DNA of 64,000 nucleotides, taken from contig NC_058382.1 of the NCBI RefSeq assembly GCF_018350175.1, forward strand, positions 50,408,001 to 50,472,000, given 5' to 3'. Positions 52,213 through 64,000 of the stretch are shown here, piece after piece. Source of the stretch: Felis catus (Eukaryota). The translations under genes and the position numbers were made by a program. Numbering within the stretch: the first letter of the stretch is position 1; each line of letters begins with the position of its first letter. The notes under the pieces are model-generated. The model ran no database searches and had not been told where the DNA came from. It saw only the letters and a list, made by a program, of their open reading frames with translations.

Positions 52213-53449
52213 GAGGGGTTCACACACTTGGCTATCTTTCCAGCGGGGAGGGGCCTGTGCCAGGGCACTACTAGTATTTAAGGAGATAAGGGACTGGAAA
52301 TATCTTGGTGTCCTTGAGAGAGTGGTGGTTCTGTGGTGGGGGGTGTGGCCTTGCTGGAAACAGAGAGGTTCCAGAGCTCGGACCAGGTATCATCAGCCTG
52401 TTCTCTTGTTGAGCTAGCTCACATCTGCTCAGCCAGCTTTTAATTAAGCTGCCAAAACCAGGGAAGTGTACCCCAAGGCCAGCGGAGCTTATCCGTTGCT
52501 TGATTATGAAATCAAACACAATAATCTCAACCAATGAAACAGAAATTTCCTCCATCTAATTTTATGTTATTACTCAGGGAAGCTTATTGTTTCTAGTTGG
52601 CTTGGTACCCTCTTTCCCACCCTCAGTCAGAAATAGCTGTTTATCAGAATTGCTTTATGGGCTTGCCTATTAAAAAGCATTTATCTGCAGAAAAACTCCT
52701 CATCACTGTGAAGGATTTCAGCCTTCATCTTTAAGTGTGATATTTTGAGGTACAAATAACAACTCTCAAAATAATTTAGTAATAAAATCGCGTATTTGCT
52801 CAGAAATGTCGAAATATCATCTAATATGACTAGAATAGGAACTGAATTGAGGCTTACTCAATTTTCCCGCTAGGAATCCAAGTCTAAAACATGGCAATTT
52901 CAGGTTGAAAATATCAGTTAATGGAAATAGCACATACTTAGGAGGTCATCATTGCTGTGACTTCATGCACATGCGATACAGCTGGGCACAGCATGAATGC
53001 TCTGAACATTCTAACCACATCATCAAAGGTGTCCTAATGAAGAGATGCCTGTGTTCCCTGAATTCTTTTCCATTTTCCTTGGGAATGGTGGCCACTCCAT
53101 TTCTGCATCATAGGCTGCCTTAAATTCTGTTTTTCTGGAGCAAATGAAACAAATCTAAAGCTCGAGGGACATAAAGAAAAATACGGCCTTTTAGAACATT
53201 AAAAATTGTTTCTTAATAGGAAAACAGTGCATCACAAGGACATTCTACTTCCTTTTTGGGGTTAATAATTCTGTACCAATTTTTTTTTAGAGCGAAGATG
53301 GCATTGTGGTTAGGCATGTTAAATGCTACCCTCTTTCTTTCTCCTTCTCAAGGGAAAATTCTGATAATAAGATTTTGTAAGAGATATCCAGCTAAATTTT
53401 ATTCATTACCAACTCCTGAAGTTTTTGAATTCAGAATAATAAACACTTA

Positions 53450-53692
53450 AGGCAGCAATCACAGACACTTACGTAGTACTTACTATACACAGGTGCCAGT
53501 ACTCCTCTATCTGCTGACTCATTTAATCCTCAGAAAGCCCTGTTTACCTTAGTATCATCATGATCCCCATTTAGAGATGGGGAAGGCACTTTTAATAAAG
53601 TGTGGAAGATCAGTTAGTAATTGGCAGAGGCAGGACTTGAGCCCAGGGAGGATGGCTCCGAAGCTGTATTTGAAATCAGTGCGCTCCACCAT
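53450..53692 (-). mobile_element. MIR relic
   Basis: ACTCATTTAATCCTCA...CCCCATTTAGAGATGGGGAA...TGGCAGAGGCAGGACTTGAGCCCAGG. Confidence 0.8.
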
Positions 53693-54195
53693 AGACTGGC
53701 TTCTGCGTGAGGCACCAGGTACCACGTGATGCTGACCCTCCGGACACTTTCGTCCCGGGAAGTGGGGACACAGACCACCTAACAGGTGCCATAATAGGTA
53801 CCTGTTCAGCTTAAGGAGGTACCTTCCAGAAGGGTGTGAGAGGTGGTGGCTCTCAGGGGGAATATCAGTGGAGAAGGGGGAGTATGGCTGTGACTTGGAG
53901 AGGAAGCAGGTGCTCAAAATGTCCCAGTTTTGTGTATTGAGGAGAGGCTTGGGGTAATCTCCTAAATGGTTCTGGGAATGAACCAGTCTTGTCTGTCTCA
54001 AATTATAATCCTATGTGTGGATTCCATTAACTTTAACGGCTTACCAAAAACAGGAGGTCTCCTCTTTAAAGCAATATATGTGTGTCCCCACATCAGACTC
54101 AGAAGTGCTCTTTAACAATCAGTGGGCAATAATTTGAGCCACAGAATATGCAAAAAAAAATTCCTTTCTTGGTTCTACACCTACAAGTTGGTAAC

Positions 54196-54622
54196 TGTGG
54201 TAGGCAGAGTAATGGCCATCCAAGGATGTCCACATCTTAATCCCTGGGATCTTTGACTTGACCTTATAAGGCAAAAAGGACCTTGTAGGTATTATTAGAT
54301 TAAGGCTCTTGAGATGGGGAGATTATCCTGGATTATCTAGGCGGGCTCAACGTCAGAATTCTCATTAGTGAAAATGGGCAGGAGGGGAGTCAGGGGAGAG
54401 GTGTGATCAGAGACCCTGAGTAAGGCAGTGGTCCTTGCAGAGGTTGGAAAAGGGATGCGAACAGATTCTCCCCCAGAGCCTCCAAAAGGAACGTTGCCCT
54501 GCTGAAACCTTATTTTAGCCCATGAAGCTAATTTTGGACTTCTGACGTCAGAACTGTAAGATAATTAAGACACCAAGTTTGCAGTCATTTGTTACATCAG
54601 CAATAAATAACAAACTACTACA
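54196..54622 (+). mobile_element. MLT1D-like MaLR solo LTR
   Basis: TGTGGTAGGCAGAGTAATGGCC...GAGATGGGGAGATTATCCTGGATTATC...CAGAACTGTAAGATAA...CA. Confidence 0.88.
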
Positions 54623-56809
54623 GCAGCCATTTACTTCCTCTGCCTCTATTCCTGGGCTGTGAAAAACAAACAATTATCTGTAATAGTTCACTCAAGAGTT
54701 TTTACACGAGCCTATTAAAAAAGAAGAAAAAAGAGATGAAAAATTGTTTATAATATACATTTAAACCTATTCTGTTTTAAAGCCGTGTCTTGATTACCAT
54801 TTGACTTTAGCTGTTCTATCATAGATATGAAGTCAATTTAATCGATGTCGTTTGCAGCTAATGGAGGGGTCATATAAACTCCTATGTAGGAGCTTAAACT
54901 GTAAATGTTCCAGGATCTGTGTCTGGGCAACTGTGGACAGAACCTCATTGGATTCATGTATACGTGATATTTTCTCTGTCTTTCCTCCTTTTTCTTGCTT
55001 GACTGTTTTGTGTTTAGATTGTGAAAGGCATAGACCCCATGTTTGCTGAACATCATTTTTATTTGCATTTATTATCATTTTTTTCAACTACCAGTTTTTA
55101 ACCTTACATGTGAGTTTGCTTTAGACTGGGCATCAGCTTTATTATTTTGAAGCGTGCTTTATATCTTATCCAAGTTACACCCCTGTTAATGTTCTGAACC
55201 CCTCCCCGTGCCAACTCCACACAAATCCTAATTTTGTGAAAGGACTCTATCACTGTTTTAAACATGTTACATTCTTCAATCTATTGGAATTATTTTGGGT
55301 TTTATACTCATGTAAAGTTTCTCTCTTTAAGTTCTTTTGAAATCAAAAGTCAGTTCTGAAATTTAGATTCGGTCATAAAAGGAACTGGTTAGAGATACGT
55401 GAACAAGCCTTCAGTCTATTCATGTGGGTGTCACATGTGCCCATTTTGTCGGAAAGAGTCTGTGATGTGTGCAGATTCTTGGAACCCTCATACTCTCTTT
55501 GCTTTTTGTTATTTGTTCTACCCTTTCACCTTTGGTTGGTTTTGTTTTTTGGATTTGTAGGTTTCCTTGTCCTAAAATCTGGACTTTAAATAGTTGCTAT
55601 TAAGCCTCTAAAATCAATCAGCCTCTGGCTGTGCTGTCATTAAAAGTTAACTGCCTTCCCATTAATCCATTAATTGTGGAGATTAATTGGGAAAGCGATT
55701 CAAACCAAGGATCTAACTTGGGGCACTAAGCCAGTGTTTGCCTCCAAGTGAAAGCTTATCCCATTAACATCACGGAGTATTAACAATTATGTATATAATT
55801 CACCCATGGCTTATATAGGAGAAAATGCCTAGAAACTGAGAGACTGCTGTAATAATGAATTCTTGACAACTAGAAAATCCCCCATGAGTCTGACTCCATT
55901 CTAGAAAAAAATGCCAATACGTGCTTGCTTGTTTTAAATTGCAGCAATATGTTATTTTTAGATTTAAGCCACTGACAAAGTTAGAAGCTCATGTTTGTCT
56001 TATTTAATATATCTAAAGCTAGTATCCTCAAGTGAATGGTAATTTTTATGCTGAGGTCAAATTTAATACTCAAAGAGACTAAAAGAATTTAATAGTAGCA
56101 TATACTCAGTGGTATTTAATTGAGTTGAAATGTTATTTGGATGATGATGAGAGAGAAAAATCAGGATTGGCCTGTATTTTGGTACCTGCTCTTTTGAAAA
56201 ATTATGTTTTATTTTAGCCCGGTTGTATCACTATCCTTAAAACTTATTCTTTTTCTTTTTTTTTTTTTTCTCTCCAGAATGTGACTGTGGAGTATTTGCC
56301 TCCACACACTGTCAGTTGACTTAGCTATGTAGGGAAAATGGGGTGGGGTGTAACACCATAACCATTTTTCAGTCCTTAAACAGCCTCATAAAGCAGTAGG
56401 AAAAGCATAAAGTGCCTTTGAAAGGAACAAAATTCTCCATTAGATAGGAATTAATTTGCAAGTCTCTTTTACCGGTCTCCAAACTATCACGGTGTCCCGG
56501 CTAAACTACACCCCAGACAAAGTAAGTCCGAATGACCTGGAATGGGGCACAGCCACAGGCAAGTTTTAAATCTCCCCCTTGTGATTCTACTATGCAGCTA
56601 GGTTGAATTACTGAAGGTGCATGTTCCACAGAAGAGACAGCCTGGTGCTGATCCATATATTTTTTATCAGGAAGTTGATGATGCTTTTCATACATTCCCG
56701 GGTCTTCTGTAAATCCTTAGGATGGACTTCTGTGACTTTTCTTTGATGTGTGAGTGAATGCCTGGGATGGTTACAATAAGGGGGTGAGCTTGCAGAGTTG
56801 GGAAGAACT

Positions 56810-57343
56810 CATTATCATGGAAATAAAGGAGACTTTGAGAACAAGCAAAGGCTAGTTAGCCAGAGTTCCCTATAGCCAGGGAGCCAGCCACCATCATCTT
56901 GAGGCAGAGACTCAAGGGGGGGCTGGGTGGGGGGGGGAAGCTTTATAGTGGAAAAGAAAGGGGAGGCTTCAGGTATACCTGCATTGGAGGCTGCTGCTAA
57001 GAGGAAGCTGAAAGCAGGCTAAGTAGAAGGAGGGCATCCTATGTGATTGATTAGATGTGTGTATTTGGTTTCTTCTGTATGTGGTAGAGATTTAGAAATC
57101 TCTACTAAATACATTTATCCAGTGCTAAGTTGGAAGCAGAGGCAAAAATTAGGGAGGTTGTAAGTTATTAGACAAGTCCTGACTGTTTAGGGCCAGTTGC
57201 TACAGGGGTTAGTGTTTGGCTTTTTTGGGCTTATTACTGTAGATAGTAGGTTGGCTTCTTGGGCTGGTTACTGTAGGTTATGGGTCACGGTTCTATTTTT
57301 GTATGTAATCTGGCCATTGCCCATTTGTATATCCAATTTCTCA
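56810..57343 (-). mobile_element. MER90/MER110-like ERV1 LTR
   Basis: minus strand begins TGAGAAATTGGATATACAAATGGGCAATGGCCAGA...AAAAATAGAACCGTGACCCATAACC. Confidence 0.6.
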
Positions 57344-58019
57344 CTGGACAAGAGTCAGAGGTGCCTGAAGAACTGGATCCTGTGTCTCTCCAGGGTAGGG
57401 AGATGGGACTACTCCTGGAACCTTGAAACTAGGCCTGGACCATTTGTAGAACTCAGACTGGGCTTTTGGTTGACTCAGACAATATTGTCTAATTTTTCAG
57501 ATAAGATCTTGGCTTGTATACAATATTTTTGATATATGTTAGCATAATTCCACACTTTCTTAAATTAGTTGATTTCTACTTTCAACTGAATGACAATTTC
57601 AATAATACAGATTGGAGTAAAACATTCTGTTCCAGGAAATATATTTCTTGAAGGGAAGGTCATTCCTTAATCCTGATTCTGTCAGTGGCATATTTGGAAT
57701 AGGTCTTTCTGAAAAGACTCAGATTCTAATGTTTCCAAAGCTCCCTGTCACGGGTCCCACCTCTGCCTCTAGTTGTATGGGAATTTTTAAATATTTTAAG
57801 TATGTTTTCTATCTATCCTATCCTGTCCTCTCCAATGAATATTCGTCTGGGAAACATGATCCATTAGCAGGCATGCAAGTAATTTTGGCAGGTTTTCCAA
57901 ATAATAGAGAAGGCAGCTAAGCTGGATGCTACTGAAAATTAGCTCTATTTTTTTTGTCAAGTATATTTTAGATTACCAGTGTTTGTTTCAACAGTGTACT
58001 TGCTCGGAATAGGAGTTCT

Positions 58020-58170
58020 ATGTTGTTGGGTAAATTATTTAACCATGGTGTACCTTTCTCTTCAAGTGTCCAATGGAGTTAATACTATCAAATAATATAG
58101 GGTATTTGTCAGGATCAAATGAGTTAATACATGTGAAGCACTGAGAACATAAGCAGCTAATAATATATAC
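58020..58170 (+). mobile_element. MIR relic
   Basis: TTGGGTAAATTATTTAACC...AGGATCAAATGAGTTAATACATGTGAAGCACTGAGAACA. Confidence 0.75.
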
Positions 58171-58494
58171 CTATTATCTTAGTACAGGTAGTATTACACA
58201 GAGATTAAGAAAATTGAATTACTTTTATTAAAAACTGAACAGCTTTTACTTACTTATGAGAATTATGCATTAAAGCCCTTTATAAAATAAAATTAAATTA
58301 CTTTCGATCGAGCTGTATTAAAATACTTTCACTATAGCTTGCATCTTTATTTGTAACAGGCTCTTGAGTTTTTTATATACACAGTTTGCCAGAGATCTAA
58401 TTTATCATTGTCTTTTTAATGACAATTGTAAGTTTTTCTCTCGTGTGAAGAAGAAATGGTGATTTTTCTGAGATGTTGACCTGAAAGCTGTAGA

Positions 58495-58496
<2 letters not shown>

Positions 58497-58537
<41 letters not shown>

Positions 58538-58565
58538 ATGCGCGCGCATGCATATGAGTGTGTGA
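58497..58565. repeat. (TG)n with (CG)n microsatellite
   Basis: seen directly. Confidence 0.95.
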
Positions 58566-59670
58566 GAAAATGTCTCAATATAAATTAGGTTACTATGGAC
58601 ATTCTAACGATTCACTAAAACTGTCTTCTACATGTAATCAGTGTATAGAATTTTTTTTTTACAAAAACATTAAAAACTGATTTCACATTTCTAACTGTAT
58701 CAAGGCTAACGTGGAAATTCTAATATGACTATGAAAAAGGTTGAACAAAAAATAATATAATTTTGGAAAAACAGAGAGAAGTAAGAGAGATGTCCATTTC
58801 TTCCTCTAATAGAAAAAGACACTAATTAACCAAACATGCCCTATTCACCGTGCTGAATAGTACAAGCCTTCCCCCATAATGATTGAATTTTTAAATGTCA
58901 TTAGTGACTGGAGTCTTAATGAGCACCTGTGCCACTTTGACCTAGATGTGCTCCCCTCCCCTAACCGTCATAAAGAGATCAGGCTGTGCCGTGGGTCCTC
59001 ACCTGGTTCCGGGGGTCAGGGCAGCTCCCCTTGGCTGCCTCTCCATTGCCAAGCTCGATGAGGGGTGAGGTGGGGGGTGGGAGCTGAGTCCCTGCATGCT
59101 CTGCGGCAGCCCAAAGCCTGGGTGGAAGCTGAGTTGACCCCTGTCCCTCCCCCTAGCTCTCGGGGGATGGCAGGACACAGGTCAGAGCTGTCTTGCTGGG
59201 ATGGGAGTTAGACAGCTGAGTCCAACCCATGTGCGCGAGGTGGGGGGTACAAAAAGCAGCACTTGGGCCTGGAAGGCCTCAGTCTCCCAGGGCCTCCTGT
59301 CCAAAAAGTTGGGGAGGGCATGGAAGAAGTTCCATCCTGCTCCTGCAATTTAGAAACCTTCCTTCTCAGTGTCAAAAGACAGCCCGAGGGGAGCTGGGAG
59401 TTAGGGCTTCCACGCCAATGCAGAGCAAGTGCTGGACAGAAGGGGGGCGAGGGGCACACATGTGCCAGCAATGTGCAGGAAGCAGAGGAGAGTGGGCCGC
59501 AGCTCTGGAAGAGAAGTGGGGTGAGGTCAGGGCCCCAGGCCCAGTAGCTCATCTGCTCACAGCAGGAGGAAGGGGGCCTCGTCGTCCTCTCCCTGCTTGG
59601 CAGCTTCTGTGGAGGGCAGTCCCCTGGAGACTTGCAGGGGTGGGTGTTCAAAGGCACCACACTTGAACAC

Positions 59671-60356
59671 TATATATTTACATATGTAAATATGTACATG
59701 GTATATTTAATACAGGTGTTGTATGTAAATGTATGTATATGTTTATACTATTATATAATGCATAATATGTACATATTATGTAGCATATTTAGACATGTAA
59801 CTACATGTGTGCTAATGCATATATAGCATGTAAATATATTATTTACACATATAAATGCACATATGTATACACTTATACATACATATATATAAACTATGTA
59901 ATGTAGATGTATATTTCAAGTATGTATGAAGTATGTATGAATACATATTTGTTAATATGTATATATAATACATATATGCATAATACATATGATTATATAT
60001 TTTTATTAATAACATTTGTGTATATAATATGTATACATACAAAAATATATGGATACATAGTTATATATGGATACCATACAGTGAGTATATGCCATCACTT
60101 AGAACTTGATGGCTATCTTAGCATTTATACAGCTTTTATACACATGTACATGTATACATTTTAATAAATGTATATGTACATACTTATGTATGTACATATA
60201 TATGTATTATAATCATGTATTAACATATTTATGCATATTACACATACATAAATACACATTTGTACATATCCAACTATACAAATTTATACATACATATATG
60301 TGTATACTATAATACATGTATACTATTATGTGTATAATAATATATGTACATATATG
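59671..60356. repeat. long degenerate (TA/TACA/TATG)n array
   Basis: seen directly, ~690 nt. Confidence 0.93.
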
Positions 60357-60772
60357 TGGGAAATAAGTTCAAGAATTCCTTATACTTACATAAATGGGTT
60401 AAAGCTTAGGGCAGAAAGCCGCCACCATAGGGAGAAAGGGCCCAGGGTTAGTGAGAGAGATATTATAATAGGATCACAAGTAACTTGTTATATCACTTGT
60501 TACATCCATCTGGTGCCAGTATACTTTGATCACAAACTCCACGTGCCCCCCCAGACCCTTTGCTTCTTACACACACAAGTTAATCATTACTGTCTGATTG
60601 TTTTCTCCACTTTCACCATGGGTGTAAGATCTTGAGAGCTCAGTAAATACCGAGAGGAAACCCCTGCTTGGGGCTCTTGTCTCCTCCCAGACATTAACCC
60701 CTCTTGCTTTCAATTCTGCATCTGCTCTCTTGATGGACAAGAGAGAACTCCAGATTCATGGTCTCTGACACA
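60357..60772 (+). mobile_element. ERV1-type solo LTR
   Basis: TG...CA termini flanked by 4-nt TATG on both sides; TATA-like AGTAAATA followed by ...CTTGGGGCTC. Confidence 0.65.
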
Positions 60773-61092
60773 TATGTATGTCCCTAGTGAAGGAACCAGG
60801 ATGGTAATGATGTGATATCGTATTTTATTTAAAAATAATACTATTATGTTTTGAACTGAAATAGTATATTATTTCAGATTTGAAATAGTATACTATTTCA
60901 GATTATTTCAGTATATAATAAATATATATTATTTCAATATATTATTTCATTTATGACATATATTTATGCACTCTGAACAATGTTCATATGCACTCTGAGA
61001 AGCTGTGAATTAGAGCTAATAATCATGAGAATTTGAGGAAACCGGGAGTGCTAGATGAGAGATTCGTCCAGAGAAGACGAGTTCACCCAGTT

Positions 61093-61315
61093 TCTTTTAC
61101 TGGAGTCTAGGATAGGGTTTCTCAACCACTGCACTATTGACATTTGGGACTGGATAATTCTTTGTCGTGAGGGCTGCCTGTACACCATAGGATGTTTAAG
61201 CAGCATCCCTGGTCTCAACCCACTAGATTCTAGAATATGCCCAAGTTGTGATGCTCAAAGTGTCTCCAGATGTTGCTGAGTTCCCCTGGGGCGTCTAACT
61301 CACCTCCTGTTGTGG
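61093..61315. mobile_element. MER20 hAT-Charlie MITE
   Basis: GGGTTTCTCAACCACTGCACTATTGACATTTGGGACTGGATAATTCTTTGT...CAGCATCCCTGG...GTCTCCAGATGTTGC. Confidence 0.88.
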
Positions 61316-61744
61316 TTCTCAGCTATGTCCAGGGCCTGCATTTTGCTGCAATTACTGGTACAGTCAGAGAAAACTTGTTTTCTGGAATTAAATTCACAGG
61401 AGACTGATACTTAATCTAGAATTCCATTTTATTAGTGTCTTGAGGGAAATATTCCTTTTACTCCAGACTCCTTACTGCTGTCTGAGTCCTTGCTCCTGTG
61501 GTTCAGGACTATTAAAGATCAATAGTTTTGTTGTTTGTTTATTACTTTATGGTTTTTTGGTAATAAGTTGCTTGGCACATCTGGAATTGAAGTGTACAAC
61601 TTCTTGAGAGAGATGTTATTTATGTCGTTATGGTATCTGGTGAAATTCCTATACTCCCAACCTAAAGAAATAATAGTTGTAGTTATAGTGTTCTTACACA
61701 CTGGATTCTAGACCCCATCTCACTTTTTTAAATACCATGGTTCC

Positions 61745-61912
61745 GCTACAGTGAGGCAAGCAAATTAACCAAAGTCTGTATTTCAATTACCTCATTTGTA
61801 AAATAACAGTAATATTGGTATCTTAAAGAAGAGTAGTAAAGATTAATAACTATGTGTAAGATGGGTAAGTTCTTAGTACAGCGTGCTCACTGAACATGTG
61901 TTGGTTATTATT
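61745..61912 (+). mobile_element. MIR relic
   Basis: GGCAAGCAAATTAACC...CCTCATTTGTAAAAT...TATGTGTAAG. Confidence 0.6.
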
Positions 61913-61916
61913 AGTT

Positions 61917-62130
61917 TTTTTAAATTTTTTAACATTTTTTTACTATTGAGAGACAGAGAGACACAGAGCATGAGCAGGGGAGGGGTAGAGAGAGGGGGAG
62001 ACATAGAATCTGAAGTAGGCTTCAGGCTCTGTCGGCACAGAGCCCGACGCGGGGCTCCAACTCACAGACTGTGAGATCATGACCTGTGCCAAAGTCGGAC
62101 AGTCAACCGACTGAGCCACCCAGGCGCCCC
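61917..62130 (-). mobile_element. Can-SINE (younger of a tandem pair)
   Basis: reverse head ...GAGCCACCCAGGCGCCCC; TSD GTTATTATTAGTTTTTT. Confidence 0.95.
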
Positions 62131-62144
62131 TGTTATTATTAGTT

Positions 62145-62210
62145 TTTTAAAAAAATGTTTATTAATTTATTTTGAGAGAAGGAGAGAAAGCAAGCACATG
62201 ATCAGGAGAG

Positions 62211-62260
<50 letters not shown>

Positions 62261-62387
62261 CCCAAGCAGGCTTTGTGCTGTCAGTGCAGAGCCTGATGTA
62301 GGGCTCCATCTGACAAACTGAGAGATCCATGACCTGAGCTGAAATCAAGAGTCGGATGCCTCACCGACCAAGCCACCCAGGTACCCC
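62145..62387 (-). mobile_element. Can-SINE (older of a tandem pair)
   Basis: reverse head ...AGCCACCCAGGTACCCC; TSD TTATTATTAGTT. Confidence 0.93.
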
Positions 62388-63680
62388 TTATTATTAGTTG
62401 TATATAAGAATAACTTTAGAAGATTTTATTGCCAGATAAACATACCATAGATCATGGGGATATGTGTATGCTCATTGCAAAACATAATAACACCATGTAA
62501 TCACCACTCAGGCCAACAACTGGAAGTTTACCAAACACCAGAAGCCTCCCTGATCCATTTTCCATACCCCATATTCTTTCCCCCATAAATGAAATAAACG
62601 CACCTTCTCTTATTTTAATCCCATTTTAGGCTAAAAATAGAACAGTATTGATTCTCAGTTTATAATGGCAAAAACAAATGAGCAGTAAATATATGCCCTC
62701 AAGAGTGATTGCACTGGAGAGGCATTTCACATCTGAAACATCGATTTGAATCTGCATAATTGATTGAAAATTGCAGTTAAACACGCTTTTTTGGGTCACA
62801 CGTACACCTGAATACTGATAATGCTTCAAAAGTGACTGTCCTTCTGGTAAACACACACCCACACGTGCACCCCCTGTAGAGATAACACACTCATTTGTAT
62901 GCGCAGATGCACACGTTGTCTTTTGCACAGTGTACGAAAGCCGTTTGGTAGTTACTCCTGGTTGGGCACAATCAGAACTTCCTTCATCACTCTGTGGATT
63001 GTGTGTCTCTTTATGTCTACACTCCTTAATACTTGAATTACCACCAGATCGACAGTGTCAGTACTTAAGCCAATCAATAGACATGCAGGAACTGTGGGCC
63101 AGTTATCAAGTCTGTCTTAAGAGTCAGCTAAAGAATTTCAGGTGTGCAGGAAGAAAAAGTGTGCTTTAAATGAAAATGAGACAGTCTTAAAAAGTAAAAT
63201 GCCATCTCAGGCAAATTCTTCTGAAAGGCATGCCAATGTTAAGTTGGCAAATTTTTACTTATCTCTTATATTTGAGACATTTGGCTTTAAAGAAAAAACA
63301 CATTTCAAATAGGACCGCAGAAAAATATTGTAGTTTGAATGCTTTAGCAATGAAACTACCAACGACTGTTTTTTTTTTAAACTGTTCAGGCAGAATAAGC
63401 TTTATAAAATTTCAGATGAATTTAGATAATCCCTAGCTTAATTTAATTTAAATTAAATTATTGGTAAATAATTGGGACAATAACCCTGCCTGATTTTTAA
63501 TTACCAGTTGTGTTAAATCCTAAATATGAGACAAATATTTTTTCTGATTAAAGTAAAAACTGACAACAACTTGATAATTGTATAAAATAAAAGACAAATA
63601 TGTAAAGGTTGCATGGAATGAAGAATTACCTGAATAAAATAAAACATATATTACAACATGGTCTCCATGAGATTATTCTT

Positions 63681-63807
63681 TTTTTTCATATATAATTTAT
63701 TGTCAGATTGGTTTCCATACAACACCCAGTGCTCATCCCAACAGGTGCCCTCCTCAATGCCCATCACCCACTTTCCCCTCTCCCCCACCCCCCATGAGCC
63801 CTCAGTT
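63681..63807 (-). mobile_element. short 5'-truncated felid L1
   Basis: poly-T plus L1 3' end; perfect 17-nt TSD TCCATGAGATTATTCTT at 63664 and 63808. Confidence 0.95.
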
Positions 63808-64000
63808 TCCATGAGATTATTCTTATACTTTCCCTCTCTCTTCATGCCTTAGTTTTAATTTTATATGTGATACACATTAACAAGATAGATGATAGGTATA
63901 TACTTTGTATATATCCGTATGTGCATGTGTATTGATATATACATGCATGTATGTATACACACATACACATCGCCTTCCTCTGGAAGTAACCATTGTCCTG

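Larger units (their letters stand above)
28315..64000 (+). other. CNTNAP4: CNTNAP4 intron 1 (continues beyond window)
   Basis: GT donor at 28315; no sequence encoding the expected exon 2 (DCDDPLVSALPQASFSSSS) was seen downstream. Confidence 0.75.

Noticed and set aside
59208..59666. 150-aa and 145-aa ORFs in the GC block
   Set aside because: No recognisable domain; open frames on both strands are expected at this GC content.
58940..59670. FA-SAT satellite or Helitron as the origin of the GC block
   Set aside because: There is no tandem ~480-nt unit or regular TAACCC-like array, and no CTRR terminus after the hairpin.
59632..60312. Tyr/Ile/Met-rich ORFs
   Set aside because: They are translations of the TA-rich array.
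1302..62387. Recurring MAQSVK.../LSLSLS/ERERER ORFs and tRNA-like heads
   Set aside because: These are Can-SINE translations. The A/B-box heads are SINE-derived, not tRNA genes.
1..64000. CRISPR array, operon or other prokaryotic-type system
   Set aside because: There is no repeat-spacer array or gene-dense region; all repeats fit mammalian TEs, TSDs or microsatellites.

Overview
Mammalian, almost certainly felid, genomic DNA. The evidence is about 13 tRNA-derived Can-SINEs, including a young cat-type copy, and felid-type L1 3' ends. The window holds about 27.7 kb of repeat-rich upstream DNA, then the CpG-island promoter, 5'UTR and first coding exon of CNTNAP4 (Caspr4, + strand, 28230-28314, signal peptide MGSVAGAVLKTLLLLSTQNWNRVIAGNS, phase-1 GT donor). 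That exon is absent from the supplied ORF track. The remaining ~36 kb is intron 1; I could not find exon 2 inside the window. The rest is SINEs, L1/L2/MIR relics, MaLR/ERV solo LTRs, hAT/Tigger MITEs and microsatellites. I see no evidence of a new multi-gene system. The most unusual items are: (i) uORFs written through dinucleotide repeats in the CNTNAP4 leader, plus a start-stop codon pair next to the ATG; (ii) a compound inverted and duplicated L1 insertion; (iii) an L1 with two tails and a probable 25-nt 3' transduction; (iv) a tail-less SINE; (v) an unexplained GC-rich block ending in a hairpin and fused to a ~690-nt TA-rich array. Repeat family names are recognised from memory and were not run through RepeatMasker; old-repeat boundaries are approximate.
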